Of a DNA stretch of 64,000 nt, positions 20,401 to 29,117 are shown piece by piece. A program made the translations under genes and the position numbers. This stretch comes from Planctomycetota bacterium (GTDB lineage Bacteria; Planctomycetota; SZUA-567; H5-PLA8). Numbering within the stretch: the first letter of the stretch is position 1; each line of letters begins with the position of its first letter. Below the pieces are notes generated by a model. It saw only the letters and a list, made by a program, of their open reading frames with translations. It did no database searches and was not told the origin of the DNA. Location of the stretch: NCBI GenBank assembly GCA_038227875.1, contig JBBRPR010000019.1, positions 1 through 64,000 on the forward strand. Direction: 5' to 3'.

Positions 20401-22126
20401 GATCCGCCAGGGCGGAAATACGCGCGGCGCTGATGCGTTGGACAGCGTCAATCGGGCCATCGGCATGCGCATGGATCGGCCGGTCAGTCCGGCGACGATC
20501 GCCGGCAGCGGATTCTGGACGCTCTCGCGGCCGTGGATCACGCCGCATCCGATCAGCGGCGGCGGCTACGCTGGCGGCGCGGCGTTTTTCGCGGGATTGC
20601 CGATGGAACATCCCGTCGAAGGCGCGATCGCGGCCGGCGAACGCTGCCACTACGATGGCATCTGGGCGTACGCGTTCTCCGGACACCTGCTGCGCGGCGC
20701 GAGCGAATTCTGGAACGGCCCGGGACCGGTGCGGGGACAGGCTCCGGAGAAAGACTATGCCGAATACGAGCAGAAACTGGCCAACGCCTGCGTGCGATTC
20801 AACGAGCAGATCACGCGCGGGTTCGAATATCCGTCGTGGCGCACGGGCATGGCGGCAACGTTTTTTCCGCTGGATCTGAAAGCATTCTGCACACGCAGCC
20901 ACATTGACGAAGGCACCGGTTCGGGGCTCGGTCATTCCGGCCCGCGTGAAGGCTTGATCGCCAGCGGCGCGGCGTACGATTTCCGCCGCGTGACAGCCGG
21001 ACACCAGGTCTACGCCGACGTGCCGTTCGAGATACTGGATCCGAACGAGAACAACTGGAAGTCGATCGTCGTGATCGGCGACACGCAGAAACAGAATTTC
21101 ATTCCGGGAAGCAAAGCGAAGGTCGAAATTCCGGTCAACAAAAAGGCGGCGAGTTTCTGCGTGCTGCGCTGCCTGCTGCGCAAATCGCACCGCCTGGGCG
21201 ATAACCGCAATTGGGTGCATCTGACGCTGCCGGCCTACGTTTTCGAATACGCCGATGGCACGCGCTACGTCTGCGACCGCGAATTGGTCCGCCAGACCGA
21301 CGCCGTGAACTGCCCGCAGTGTTTTCAAGAGGGCAACGACAAAGGCAACCTGCAATCCACCAGCAATGAAATCGGCGGATCGCTGCAATCGTTCATGTGG
21401 CCGGCCGGACGCGTGGCGTACTGCACCAACGCGCTGGGGGGCGGCGGCACAACGCTGTTCCTGAACGAGTTTGTGAATCCGTACCCAGAGAAAGAAGTGA
21501 AAAACCTTGTCGTCCAGTTGCCCAATCCCGAGCAGCGTGATTTCACGTTCGGATTCCACGAAGCCATTTTCGCGGTGACTGGCGTGGACGCCGTGGAGTG
21601 GGACTCCAAATTCTGGAGCCATCTCGAGCACCGCGACGTTCAATTCCCGCTACTGCCGGCCAACGCGGCGATTCCCGCCGACGCCAAGCCGATCCTCGCC
21701 GCGTGCGAATACGTTCCGGCGGGGCAGGAAGGTTCCTTCGTGAGCAAGGACGCGAAGAAGCCGCTGATTCAGACGCGCCCGGTTCCGAATGCGCCGGTGC
21801 CGACGTGGCAGCTGCAGTTTCTGGCCGGACAATCGCTTTCTGCGTTCAGCTTCCGGCTGTCGATGCCGGGCAAGGAAGGCGGTCCGATGCCGGTGCGCTT
21901 CCGGCACACGGACGTAAAGCTGACCGTCTCCGCGGACGGCAAAGTCTGGACAGATCTCGCCACCATTCCGGGCTGCACGGGAATGGACGGCGAACACCGC
22001 GTGGCGTTTGCGCCGATCCAGCCGGTGTTCTTCCAGATCGCGCTGGATTCATCCAAGTATACGGATGAGGACGCCTCGCAGATGGGTCCGATCGCCTATG
22101 AATTTTACGGCGCGCCAGCAAAATAA
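17426..22126 (+). CDS. Large exported multidomain protein: CBM9-like domain, GH20 domain 2, degenerate GH20-like barrel, beta-sandwich domains
   Basis: Signal peptide; PKFDGSFNDPLW...YDDRAIYIGFDCEE (CBM9-like); IWPQPKEM...QGYTLKI...GVFHAFQTLLQ...VRDWP (GH20 domain 2); LCPSNP. Confidence 0.7.
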   Translation: MLKFRWLAAALLIGVVLAPLRAEEGFNVRLKYIRDYKADNTSVICTRVPSQPKFDGSFNDPLWQQAGQTQSAFTLFPSTEVCGRQTVALFCYDDRAIYIGFDCEEPELDQQQIDNANVRGGDHVGVHLEVGSSGGRGKRCSVFANRGGCQMQGPWKEQKVECKCAAGPKRWFVQLAIPFSSLPGTGAAPLTGEEWNVKLTRYGRMTENGASRMRSAWPHIPAIVEDVTCYGASLFFGADSMLANGKMEIKDNAIPEWQVVSGQPTFAGGKVTAAGDAVLAQNVKLAANCKYKLEWSAADGLTGAVAVKVGDKDAATAELTAGKAYFQTGTADAAKIDVKLKGSGVAPKLRLSRIVDDVPDEWICVTNNDVLPERNLKAKIPAAGDGKYIYLKCPLYGFDFVPYHSQGCPNPGEAGSWEWGTIGKPVRKPLAEPPAHPEIAEDEFESFPFETIYTDGARLPEFAGLTMGSIDKGGEQGWIPFSKGSLTGDPSWVGWPVNAWLSGTTNGQSPAANTHDILFDLPDKYFVRRIDVLKINNGSFASIDVAVRGSADAQETFVPICRYSALTPYASLNGLDSVAKQVRLTFQGASFENKFGHINAMTDLLGIAEIWIWVEPKGAHADTEVKAYHPPIPNPQPPLQCIQLKKWPEPLIWPQPKEMTKADGRFDLKSGAPIVYARDGLLPQFAAVLQREFSQRFCTDCELKDEADLSSVDSGIYLGMKGVSKRFDDLCAAENITPPNEPQGYTLKITPTKIVAAGCDAEGVFHAFQTLLQWMDHDEHTAFARCATVRDWPLLRLRTVVPSSDHRTPILPIGMPESNFTRMINGLARLRFNSIIDWDPVTPYVSEAKTRELIQYAGDRIVDMRPTLYLRSVPGSCIEANPDDQPDNGAGGGVGPDDGVWETTNLCPSNPLTYKSMETYIDQSLRLHNGSPFVEIGYMGCLHGPWNVCRLCRKRNSTGEELYADFLNKIGAICRARGKTAVFTNAVMLADAIRQGGNTRGADALDSVNRAIGMRMDRPVSPATIAGSGFWTLSRPWITPHPISGGGYAGGAAFFAGLPMEHPVEGAIAAGERCHYDGIWAYAFSGHLLRGASEFWNGPGPVRGQAPEKDYAEYEQKLANACVRFNEQITRGFEYPSWRTGMAATFFPLDLKAFCTRSHIDEGTGSGLGHSGPREGLIASGAAYDFRRVTAGHQVYADVPFEILDPNENNWKSIVVIGDTQKQNFIPGSKAKVEIPVNKKAASFCVLRCLLRKSHRLGDNRNWVHLTLPAYVFEYADGTRYVCDRELVRQTDAVNCPQCFQEGNDKGNLQSTSNEIGGSLQSFMWPAGRVAYCTNALGGGGTTLFLNEFVNPYPEKEVKNLVVQLPNPEQRDFTFGFHEAIFAVTGVDAVEWDSKFWSHLEHRDVQFPLLPANAAIPADAKPILAACEYVPAGQEGSFVSKDAKKPLIQTRPVPNAPVPTWQLQFLAGQSLSAFSFRLSMPGKEGGPMPVRFRHTDVKLTVSADGKVWTDLATIPGCTGMDGEHRVAFAPIQPVFFQIALDSSKYTDEDASQMGPIAYEFYGAPAK

Positions 22127-22181
22127 CGGCGGGCTGCCGAATGGCCGTGACTTCGTTCAATTCACGCTGGTAGTGGTAAGC

Positions 22182-22904
22182 GTGAAGACGGAAACCGAAT
22201 CCCCGCTCGGCCGGAAACTCCGCATTGCACTGCTGAGTTCGGCGTCATTGTTTACGGGGTTGTTCGCGGTGGTCCTGATCTTCTACCGGCGCACTCCGCC
22301 GGGCGACTGGCTGATCTATGCGCTTCTGGCAGCGCTGGCACTGACGGTGATCATGGGCGTGATCCGGTTTGCGCATGTGATGTTCGCCGAGCTTCAAGCG
22401 CCGCTCGGGGAATTGCTGCTGACCTTCCTTGTCTCGGGCGCGGCGATGACGGCCTCGCGCTCGATCTATCACAGTAGTGCAGAAGAAGAAGTCGGACCCG
22501 CAATTCTCTCCATGCTGTTGCTTTCGCTGGCGATGTTGCTGGGATCGATCTGGGGCTGGTCGGCAGCCAAGCGCTTGAACGAGACACAGACGCGCCGCCG
22601 GATTGGATTGCTCGCCATGGGCTGGCTGCTGGTGCCGGGAATTATTGCGGCGGCCAGCTTTGTGCTCACCACGGCGGTATCCGTCATCATTGGAATTCCC
22701 ACGGCACCGTTTTTTGTCGATCGGTTTTGGATTTTCTATGCGGGGTCGGCGCTGGCTTCGGTGCTCGCCATTCCCGCGCTGTATTGCGAGCGGCGCATCG
22801 GCAAGCTCAAGCCGATTGCGACGCCTAAGAGCATCGAAAATCCAAAGACGGAGCTGGGATCAAATTTGATCCCAGGTCACGTCGATAAACTTAGTAGTTT
22901 GTAG
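22182..22904 (+). CDS. Hypothetical polytopic membrane protein
   Basis: About six hydrophobic segments; start uncertain (GTG 22182 chosen). Confidence 0.65.
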   Translation: MKTETESPLGRKLRIALLSSASLFTGLFAVVLIFYRRTPPGDWLIYALLAALALTVIMGVIRFAHVMFAELQAPLGELLLTFLVSGAAMTASRSIYHSSAEEEVGPAILSMLLLSLAMLLGSIWGWSAAKRLNETQTRRRIGLLAMGWLLVPGIIAAASFVLTTAVSVIIGIPTAPFFVDRFWIFYAGSALASVLAIPALYCERRIGKLKPIATPKSIENPKTELGSNLIPGHVDKLSSL

Positions 22905-22956
22905 AGTTGAAATTTGCAGCGAGGTCTCTCGCCGGCTGCAAGCCCGCGATTTTTTT

Positions 22957-25032
22957 CTATTTGCTCGTCCAGCCGTCGAGCGAATCGTAGCTGATCTTGA
23001 GCGGGCCGTCGGGATTCTTCTTCGCTTCGATGTACTTCCAGAACCAGACGCCGTGATCGAGGAAAAACGACCAGACGCGGATGCGCTGGGTGGTGTCGAG
23101 ATTCTTCAGGTCTTCGGCGGGCACCGAGTAGCTCGAGACGCCCGCGCCTTCGGAATTGCAATGGACCGCGCGTACCGAGCCGTCGGTCTGCGGAATCCAG
23201 ATGACCGCCTGAAACGAGTTCGCGCGGACAAAGCCGCGGACCGGAGCGAAATCGAGACTGAGCGGATCGCCTTCCACCGCCGGAGCGTGGCGCGAGGGCG
23301 CGACCTTGAGCGGGCGGCGCAGCAACTGCATGTGCCGGACTTCGATCGTCTGCGGCTGGTTCAACGTATCGCAGAACAGCGAGACGGTCTTGACGCGGCC
23401 GAGCGCAATCTGGCCGAAGAGTTCGACCGGCAGATGCAGCTTTCCATCTGGCCCGATGGAACGCGTGTTGAGCGTCGAGTGACGCCCGGAATCGTCGGCA
23501 ACTTTAATGGAGATGCCGCCGGGTAGCGGCGGTCCGTTTTCGTTGAGCTCGACGGTGAGCTCGTCGTATGGCAACCAGTCGTTAAGCGCGAACAATTCGA
23601 AGCCGGTGAATTTCTGCCCCGCCGGCATGCTTACCGAAAGCAGAGCGCCATCGCGCTTGAAGGTGCTTTCGCCAACCGGATCCAGGTGCGAATTGGCCTG
23701 CAGCAGGTCGACGACATCCGGCGCGTCGGCCTTGAGCGGCACCAAGCGGATGTTGTCCAGCCAGAGCGTGGCCGGTTCGGCCGCGCCATTGAGGAAAAAG
23801 CGCAGCTCCGAAATCTTGTCGACGTTCAGTCCCCGCGAGAGCAGCGAACCGTTCCAGAGATAGCCGATGGGAATTTCCACTTCGTTGCTGCCGGGCGCGA
23901 GGTGAAAGCCGCTGTCGAAATTGAAGCGCGTGCCGAAACCGGTGCTCTTTTCGTCATCGATACGCACCGACAGGTCCAGCGGCCTGGCGGCGCCGCTAAA
24001 GATTGTGGCGCGCAGCGCTCGGTAGGAACGCCAGTCGACGGCGCGTTCGAATTTCTTCCGCGCGCCGGGGAATTGCGAGGCGTCCATGTCGATGCGCAGC
24101 GCGCGCTTGCCATCGCCGGCGTGTTCTTCCACCACGGAAAGCTTCGACTTGTCGCCGGGCTCCCAGCCCTGGAGTGTATTGTCTTCGAAGCTGCCGAGTT
24201 GACTGGCGGCAAGGCCTCGGTCGACGCCGAAGTTTTTCAGTGCGGCGAAACTTAAAGAAAGGGCGGCAATCGCCCCGACGATCCAGAGTGCGGCCTTGGC
24301 GGTGGAAACGCCCGTGATCCCAGCGGCACCGGCTTTTGCTCCAGCGACCGCGGCGGGTGCCCAGACGCTGTGGTTGATCAATCCGCTGACGAATGCGGGC
24401 GGAGCCTGCTCCAGCAAACTGGCGGCGAGCGTGGCTGGCGCGAGGGCCATGGCGACATCGGCGGAACCGAGGCGCTGGCGGAGCTTATCGAGTCCCTGGC
24501 GGATGCGATCGGAGATGGTGGACTGGTCGCACCCGAGTTCCGTGGCGATTTCAGTCTGGGTCAGGCCGGCGGCAAAGTGCATGACGATGGCTTCGCGCTG
24601 ACGTTGCGGGAGCGCTTCGACCGCGGTTCGCAACAAGGAATGTATTTCGCGCTCTTCCACCTTGGCATTTCCCTGTGATTCGGGGTTCGCGGGTCCACCG
24701 CCCATCTCGTCGTCATACGGCACATCTTTGGCTGCGGCGCGTCGCGAATTTATTTTCAACGCTTCGCGGCACGCGATCGTGGCAATCCAACTGCGCGCAT
24801 GATCTCCGTAACGGGCCGCATCGAAGGTGTGCGCGTATTCTTTCAGCCTGAGGAAGGCTTCCTGGCCGGCGTCCTCTGCATCGGACTGCCGCCGCACGAT
24901 CCGCGAGACCACAGAAAAAACAGTATCTGCATGGCGGCGCACGAGCGTATCCCACGCCGCCTTGTCGCCTGCTGAAAGACGCTTCAGCAGGACCCCGTCG
25001 GTTAGTTCAGACGTTTCGACTGTCTGTGTCAT
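22957..25032 (-). CDS. ECF sigma factor with TM helix and C-terminal carbohydrate-binding-like extension
   Basis: DAEDAGQEAF (sigma2), SWIATIA, LPQRQREAIVMHFAAGLTQTEIATELG (sigma4); TM LWIVGAIAALSLSFAAL; DWRSYRALR...LWLDNIRL CBM-like jelly-roll. Confidence 0.88.
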   Translation of the reverse strand: MTQTVETSELTDGVLLKRLSAGDKAAWDTLVRRHADTVFSVVSRIVRRQSDAEDAGQEAFLRLKEYAHTFDAARYGDHARSWIATIACREALKINSRRAAAKDVPYDDEMGGGPANPESQGNAKVEEREIHSLLRTAVEALPQRQREAIVMHFAAGLTQTEIATELGCDQSTISDRIRQGLDKLRQRLGSADVAMALAPATLAASLLEQAPPAFVSGLINHSVWAPAAVAGAKAGAAGITGVSTAKAALWIVGAIAALSLSFAALKNFGVDRGLAASQLGSFEDNTLQGWEPGDKSKLSVVEEHAGDGKRALRIDMDASQFPGARKKFERAVDWRSYRALRATIFSGAARPLDLSVRIDDEKSTGFGTRFNFDSGFHLAPGSNEVEIPIGYLWNGSLLSRGLNVDKISELRFFLNGAAEPATLWLDNIRLVPLKADAPDVVDLLQANSHLDPVGESTFKRDGALLSVSMPAGQKFTGFELFALNDWLPYDELTVELNENGPPLPGGISIKVADDSGRHSTLNTRSIGPDGKLHLPVELFGQIALGRVKTVSLFCDTLNQPQTIEVRHMQLLRRPLKVAPSRHAPAVEGDPLSLDFAPVRGFVRANSFQAVIWIPQTDGSVRAVHCNSEGAGVSSYSVPAEDLKNLDTTQRIRVWSFFLDHGVWFWKYIEAKKNPDGPLKISYDSLDGWTSK

Positions 25033-25324
25033 CGCGCTTTCTAGGGTTGGTTCAGGTGCCTCTACTCCTCATTAATGTATACCCCTTTCGCCACCTGTCG
25101 CTCTTCAGTTATGGAATATCTGCAGCGAAAATAATATGGGGCGAATTTTTAAAAATATCAATTTTCCTACGGACCTGCGGTGTAGTAGGCGATTCAAACT
25201 TCATAGCAGGCATGGGCAGGTTTGGGGGAATAAGTCTTCTAAAAAAAGATAGATCTGTCCGGCTGACTTGGCCCCCCAAAGCCCTCCTTCTCAAGGGGAG
25301 AAGCGTACTTCCACGGCCTTCTGT

Positions 25325-26995
25325 TTACTTCGCTTTCCACACGGCTTCGCCGGTCTTCGGATCTTTGGAAAACTCGAGTTTATCGTGGTGTTTGGACCAC
25401 CATTTCGCAGCGTTTTCTTTCCATGATTTCACCAGTGCATCGGTCTTCTCCAGGCCCAGCTGCGGAACGGGTCCGAGGGCGTCGCCGAGGAGTTCTTCCA
25501 GCGCGACGTCCAGGATCGCGCAACCGGCGGCGTCGGCGGTTTTCAGGTCGTCGAAAAGCTGATGCAACCCGCGCAGATCGCCCATGCGACCGATCAGCAG
25601 CGAGGTGGTCTGGCGGATCATGAAGTCGCTGTGCTTGAGGTCTTCGATCAGCAGCGTTTCGGAAAAATCGGAGCCGCGCGTGTTCATCGCGGTGAGCAGG
25701 ACGAAGTCGAGGTACGGTTCGCGCTTCTGCAGTTTCGCGGCTTCGCGGAGGACGGACTGAACCTGCGGCGGCTTGGCTTTCGAAATCAGTTCGACCAGTT
25801 CGCCGGCGCGTTCCTGAGCGTGCGGAGCGGAAAGGTTGAGCGCCTGCACTTCCTTTTCGGCCAGGCCCGGATCGGTCTGCGAGAGCCGCGCCGCGCGCGT
25901 GACGTCGAATTTCACTTCCTTCAGCAGCGTCACCAGCGTCAGCATGCGCGTGACGTCCGGGTCGAAACCCGAAGCGGTCAGGCCGCGCGCGATTTCGTCT
26001 TCGCGTTCCGCTTCTTTCGATTTCGGTGCGTCGGCAGTGGGTGCGGGAGTGGGAGGAGTGGGCGCTGGTGTTTTGGGATCAGCGGTCGGAGATTGCGCGT
26101 CCGGCGCGGGAACCGGACCCGGCTTCGGCGCGACCGCCACGGTTTTCGGATCTTCCGGCGCGGCGGCGAAGTCGTTCTGATTCTCGAGCTTTTCCGCGCC
26201 GATGGGCGCGAGGGTCAGGTTCATCACCTGCGCGATCAGCGGCCGGACTTCGGTGTAGGCAGGCTTCTGGGTCCAGTGTTTGTAGATCTTTTTGTAGCCG
26301 GGTCCGTATTCGGTGAACTGGTAGCCGGGCCCGCCGCCGGGAAGCAGCGTGCTTTCGACCGTGAACCGTTTCAGCAGCGGTTCGAGATCGGGCGTGGAGT
26401 TACCTTTCGCGACTTTGCCAGGCGGAATGATCTGGGTGACCGGAAACGTCCACTGCTCGGGCATTTCGTTGCGTTCGTCGAAGACTTCCCAAACGCCCAC
26501 GCGCAAATTGCCGAAGTAGAAATGTTCGCGCACGAAACCTTTGGCACTGAGCGCCGCGGGCGCTTTTTTGCCGCGGCGGATTTCGTAGAGACGGTCAACG
26601 ACCGATTCGGCCGCGTCGGTTTCGCCCAGCGCCGAGAGCGCCATCACGCGCTGGCGATCGATCTCCCATTCGTCGTTGGAATTGCGGGGGGCGGCGTCGA
26701 GCAGCGGATTCCAGCATTCCAGCGCCAGTTCCGGTTGCCGCCCCCAGTAGGCGCTTAAGCCGCCGAACATCCGCGCATCGTGGTGCTTGGGCTGGAGCTG
26801 AATCGCGGCGGCGAATTCCTTCAGCGCCTCCGTGTAGCGGCGATCCTGAAAAAACTCGCGCCCGGCCTTGATGTGCGCTTCGAACGCCGGCTGCGAGTCT
26901 GCGGAAGCCGGCGGAGGGGCTGGCGGGGCGTCAGCGCCCGCAACGGAAAGCGCGAGCAGCAGCAGACAACAGAAAGTGGTGAGGCGACGGTTCAT
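25325..26995 (-). CDS. Exported TPR protein with Pro-rich linker and HEAT-like C-terminus
   Basis: Signal peptide, TPR helices, C-terminal LKHSDFMIRQTTSLLIGRMGD...WWSKH HEAT-like segment. Confidence 0.75.
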   Translation of the reverse strand: MNRRLTTFCCLLLLALSVAGADAPPAPPPASADSQPAFEAHIKAGREFFQDRRYTEALKEFAAAIQLQPKHHDARMFGGLSAYWGRQPELALECWNPLLDAAPRNSNDEWEIDRQRVMALSALGETDAAESVVDRLYEIRRGKKAPAALSAKGFVREHFYFGNLRVGVWEVFDERNEMPEQWTFPVTQIIPPGKVAKGNSTPDLEPLLKRFTVESTLLPGGGPGYQFTEYGPGYKKIYKHWTQKPAYTEVRPLIAQVMNLTLAPIGAEKLENQNDFAAAPEDPKTVAVAPKPGPVPAPDAQSPTADPKTPAPTPPTPAPTADAPKSKEAEREDEIARGLTASGFDPDVTRMLTLVTLLKEVKFDVTRAARLSQTDPGLAEKEVQALNLSAPHAQERAGELVELISKAKPPQVQSVLREAAKLQKREPYLDFVLLTAMNTRGSDFSETLLIEDLKHSDFMIRQTTSLLIGRMGDLRGLHQLFDDLKTADAAGCAILDVALEELLGDALGPVPQLGLEKTDALVKSWKENAAKWWSKHHDKLEFSKDPKTGEAVWKAK

Positions 26996-27967
26996 TTATT
27001 TGTGCTTCGGTTGAGGCGGCGGCGGTTTCGGCGCCGGGGGTTGGGGCTGCGTGGCATCGGGCGGATTCAGGCCTTTCGCTTGCGCTTCGCGCGCGGCCAT
27101 TTCGTCGGGGTCTTCCTCGCGCGGATCGATCTTCTCGTTGGGGTCCTGCTTTCCCGGCGCCTTGGCCACCGCGGGAGCCGCCAATGCTTCAAACTCCGGC
27201 GGCAGCGGCCGGGTCACCAGCGGCTGGCGCTTGCCTTGCAGGCATTCCAGCACGCGGTCGCGTGCCCAGTTGTAGTCACGGCCTTCCGGACCGACGTGCC
27301 AGACTTTCAGCCAGCCGAAACTTGCTTCCGTCAGCGAGAAGATGCGCCGCCCGTCGTTGGTGTGAAAGGGCGTGGCTTCCAGCAGGAATGCGGTGACCTG
27401 ATTGCGCGTTTTGTCTTCGAGCTTGAAGTACCAGAGTCGCCCGTGCTTCTTCGGTTCGAAAAATTCGTAGCCGATGAGATGCATGGTGCCGATCGGAATG
27501 TAATCGCGCGTCAGTCCTTCGTACTTCTTGAGGACGATACTGCCGTCCTTCTGCTGGCGCAGACCGTCGAGCTGCTTGCGATACTCGTCGACCTTTTCCT
27601 GTTTGTTCAAGCGTTCGTTGCACTGGATGAGCTTGCGGACGACGAACCAGTCGTTGGGTCCGTATTTGTGAAGGACTTCAAAGTGGTCGTTGGCCTTCTG
27701 GTATTCGCCCGCGTCGTAGGCGGACATGGCGGCATTGAGGCGCGTGGACATGAATTCGGGATGGCGGGCGAGGATGGTCTCGTAGCGGACAAGCGCTTCG
27801 TGGTACTGGCCGGCCTCGTCGAATTTTCTGGCCTGCGCGAAAATTTCTTCCATGTCCGCGCGTTCGCGCGGATCGAGCCCCTGGAGTTCCTGGCAACCGA
27901 GCAGCGCCGCGATGACGACGCCAAAGACGAAGAGTCGCGGCCAACGGGGAAATAGAGTGTGCGACAT
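26996..27967 (-). CDS. TPR lipoprotein, paralog of the adjacent gene
   Basis: Lipobox LLGC after a hydrophobic stretch; TPR helices; GAGGT before ATG 27967. Confidence 0.75.
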   Translation of the reverse strand: MSHTLFPRWPRLFVFGVVIAALLGCQELQGLDPRERADMEEIFAQARKFDEAGQYHEALVRYETILARHPEFMSTRLNAAMSAYDAGEYQKANDHFEVLHKYGPNDWFVVRKLIQCNERLNKQEKVDEYRKQLDGLRQQKDGSIVLKKYEGLTRDYIPIGTMHLIGYEFFEPKKHGRLWYFKLEDKTRNQVTAFLLEATPFHTNDGRRIFSLTEASFGWLKVWHVGPEGRDYNWARDRVLECLQGKRQPLVTRPLPPEFEALAAPAVAKAPGKQDPNEKIDPREEDPDEMAAREAQAKGLNPPDATQPQPPAPKPPPPQPKHK

Positions 27968-28196
27968 GGCGGACCTCAAAGATACGGGTCGCGGAATTAT
28001 CGGCGCACGGGGCGAGTTTCGCAAGACTGGCATTGCGGATTTCGGTTCTTCGTCTCACGCAAAGACGCAAAGGCACAAAGAACGGCACAACTAGTTGAAC
28101 GCTGATTTGGGTTTGAGCTCAAATTACAAACGGGGTGCCATCCGTCTCGCCGTTGAGACGGGTGTGGGATGGATTCGCGATTGCAATTAATACTCT

Positions 28197-28967
28197 TCAC
28201 CACGCCTCTTCAGGATGCTCACGCCACCAGTCCTCCACGCGTTGTTCGTTGGGGCAGAGCTTGCCGTTGCGGCGGAGCATGCCGTGGGAGATGTTGAAGC
28301 TCACGGCCACGTCGTTCGAGGCGTCGACCCAGTGCGGCGTCAGCAATTGATTCCACAGCACGTCCCCGGGCTTCATGGTGAATGCGAGAATGTCGTCCGG
28401 CTTAATCGCCTCAGGCATGATCAGCGTTTCGTGGTGGCGCTTTTGCACCGCCCGTTCGATGGGCTCTATGCGATCGGGGTCGCGTAATCCGCTGAACACT
28501 TTCGTGCCGTAGATCTGCCAGGCAACCACGTGTGAGAAGTCCATGTGGTAATGCGTTCCGGTGTTCGGTCCGGAGATAAAGAGAATCGGGTAACAACGCT
28601 TCCATTCGAAACCCGCGCGCCGCAGAAATGCGCGCCACGGCTCCATCACGCGCGCATCAAAATCCTGGAGTATCTGTCCCGGACCGAAAAACCGATCGAG
28701 CTTGAAATGGGCGACGGAGAAACGCGACTCCAGCGCCTGTTCAATCGGCAGAGTTCGAAACGCCGCGCTGATGTCCGTCGTGTCTTTCCTACCCTGATAT
28801 CCGCCCTGCTGAATCCGGCATTCCGCATCGCGGCGCAGGACGTCGACCAGTGTCGCCACGGATGGGAAATCGTACGCAAACGGCACGCATTCGCCGCTCA
28901 GGAAAAAGTTGATGTTGTGTTCCCATTCGTGTTGAAAATCCGCAATGTACGACACGGTTTTTTTCAT
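28197..28967 (-). CDS. Cupin/JmjC-like Fe(II)-2OG-type protein
   Basis: LFISGPNTGTHYHMD (HxD), QIYGTK, MKPGDVLW...PHWV; AGGA RBS. Confidence 0.75.
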   Translation of the reverse strand: MKKTVSYIADFQHEWEHNINFFLSGECVPFAYDFPSVATLVDVLRRDAECRIQQGGYQGRKDTTDISAAFRTLPIEQALESRFSVAHFKLDRFFGPGQILQDFDARVMEPWRAFLRRAGFEWKRCYPILFISGPNTGTHYHMDFSHVVAWQIYGTKVFSGLRDPDRIEPIERAVQKRHHETLIMPEAIKPDDILAFTMKPGDVLWNQLLTPHWVDASNDVAVSFNISHGMLRRNGKLCPNEQRVEDWWREHPEEAW

Positions 28968-29117
28968 GCGATCCTCTCCTGTATGGCCGCAAGAAAGACT
29001 ACGATTGTTCCAGATGGATAGCCATGAACCCGTGGCGCAAAAGATAGCATTTTTCGCGCATATTGATATTTTCTACTATAAGATCAGTGGTAGTGACTAG
29101 CATTTTAAGGGAATAGA

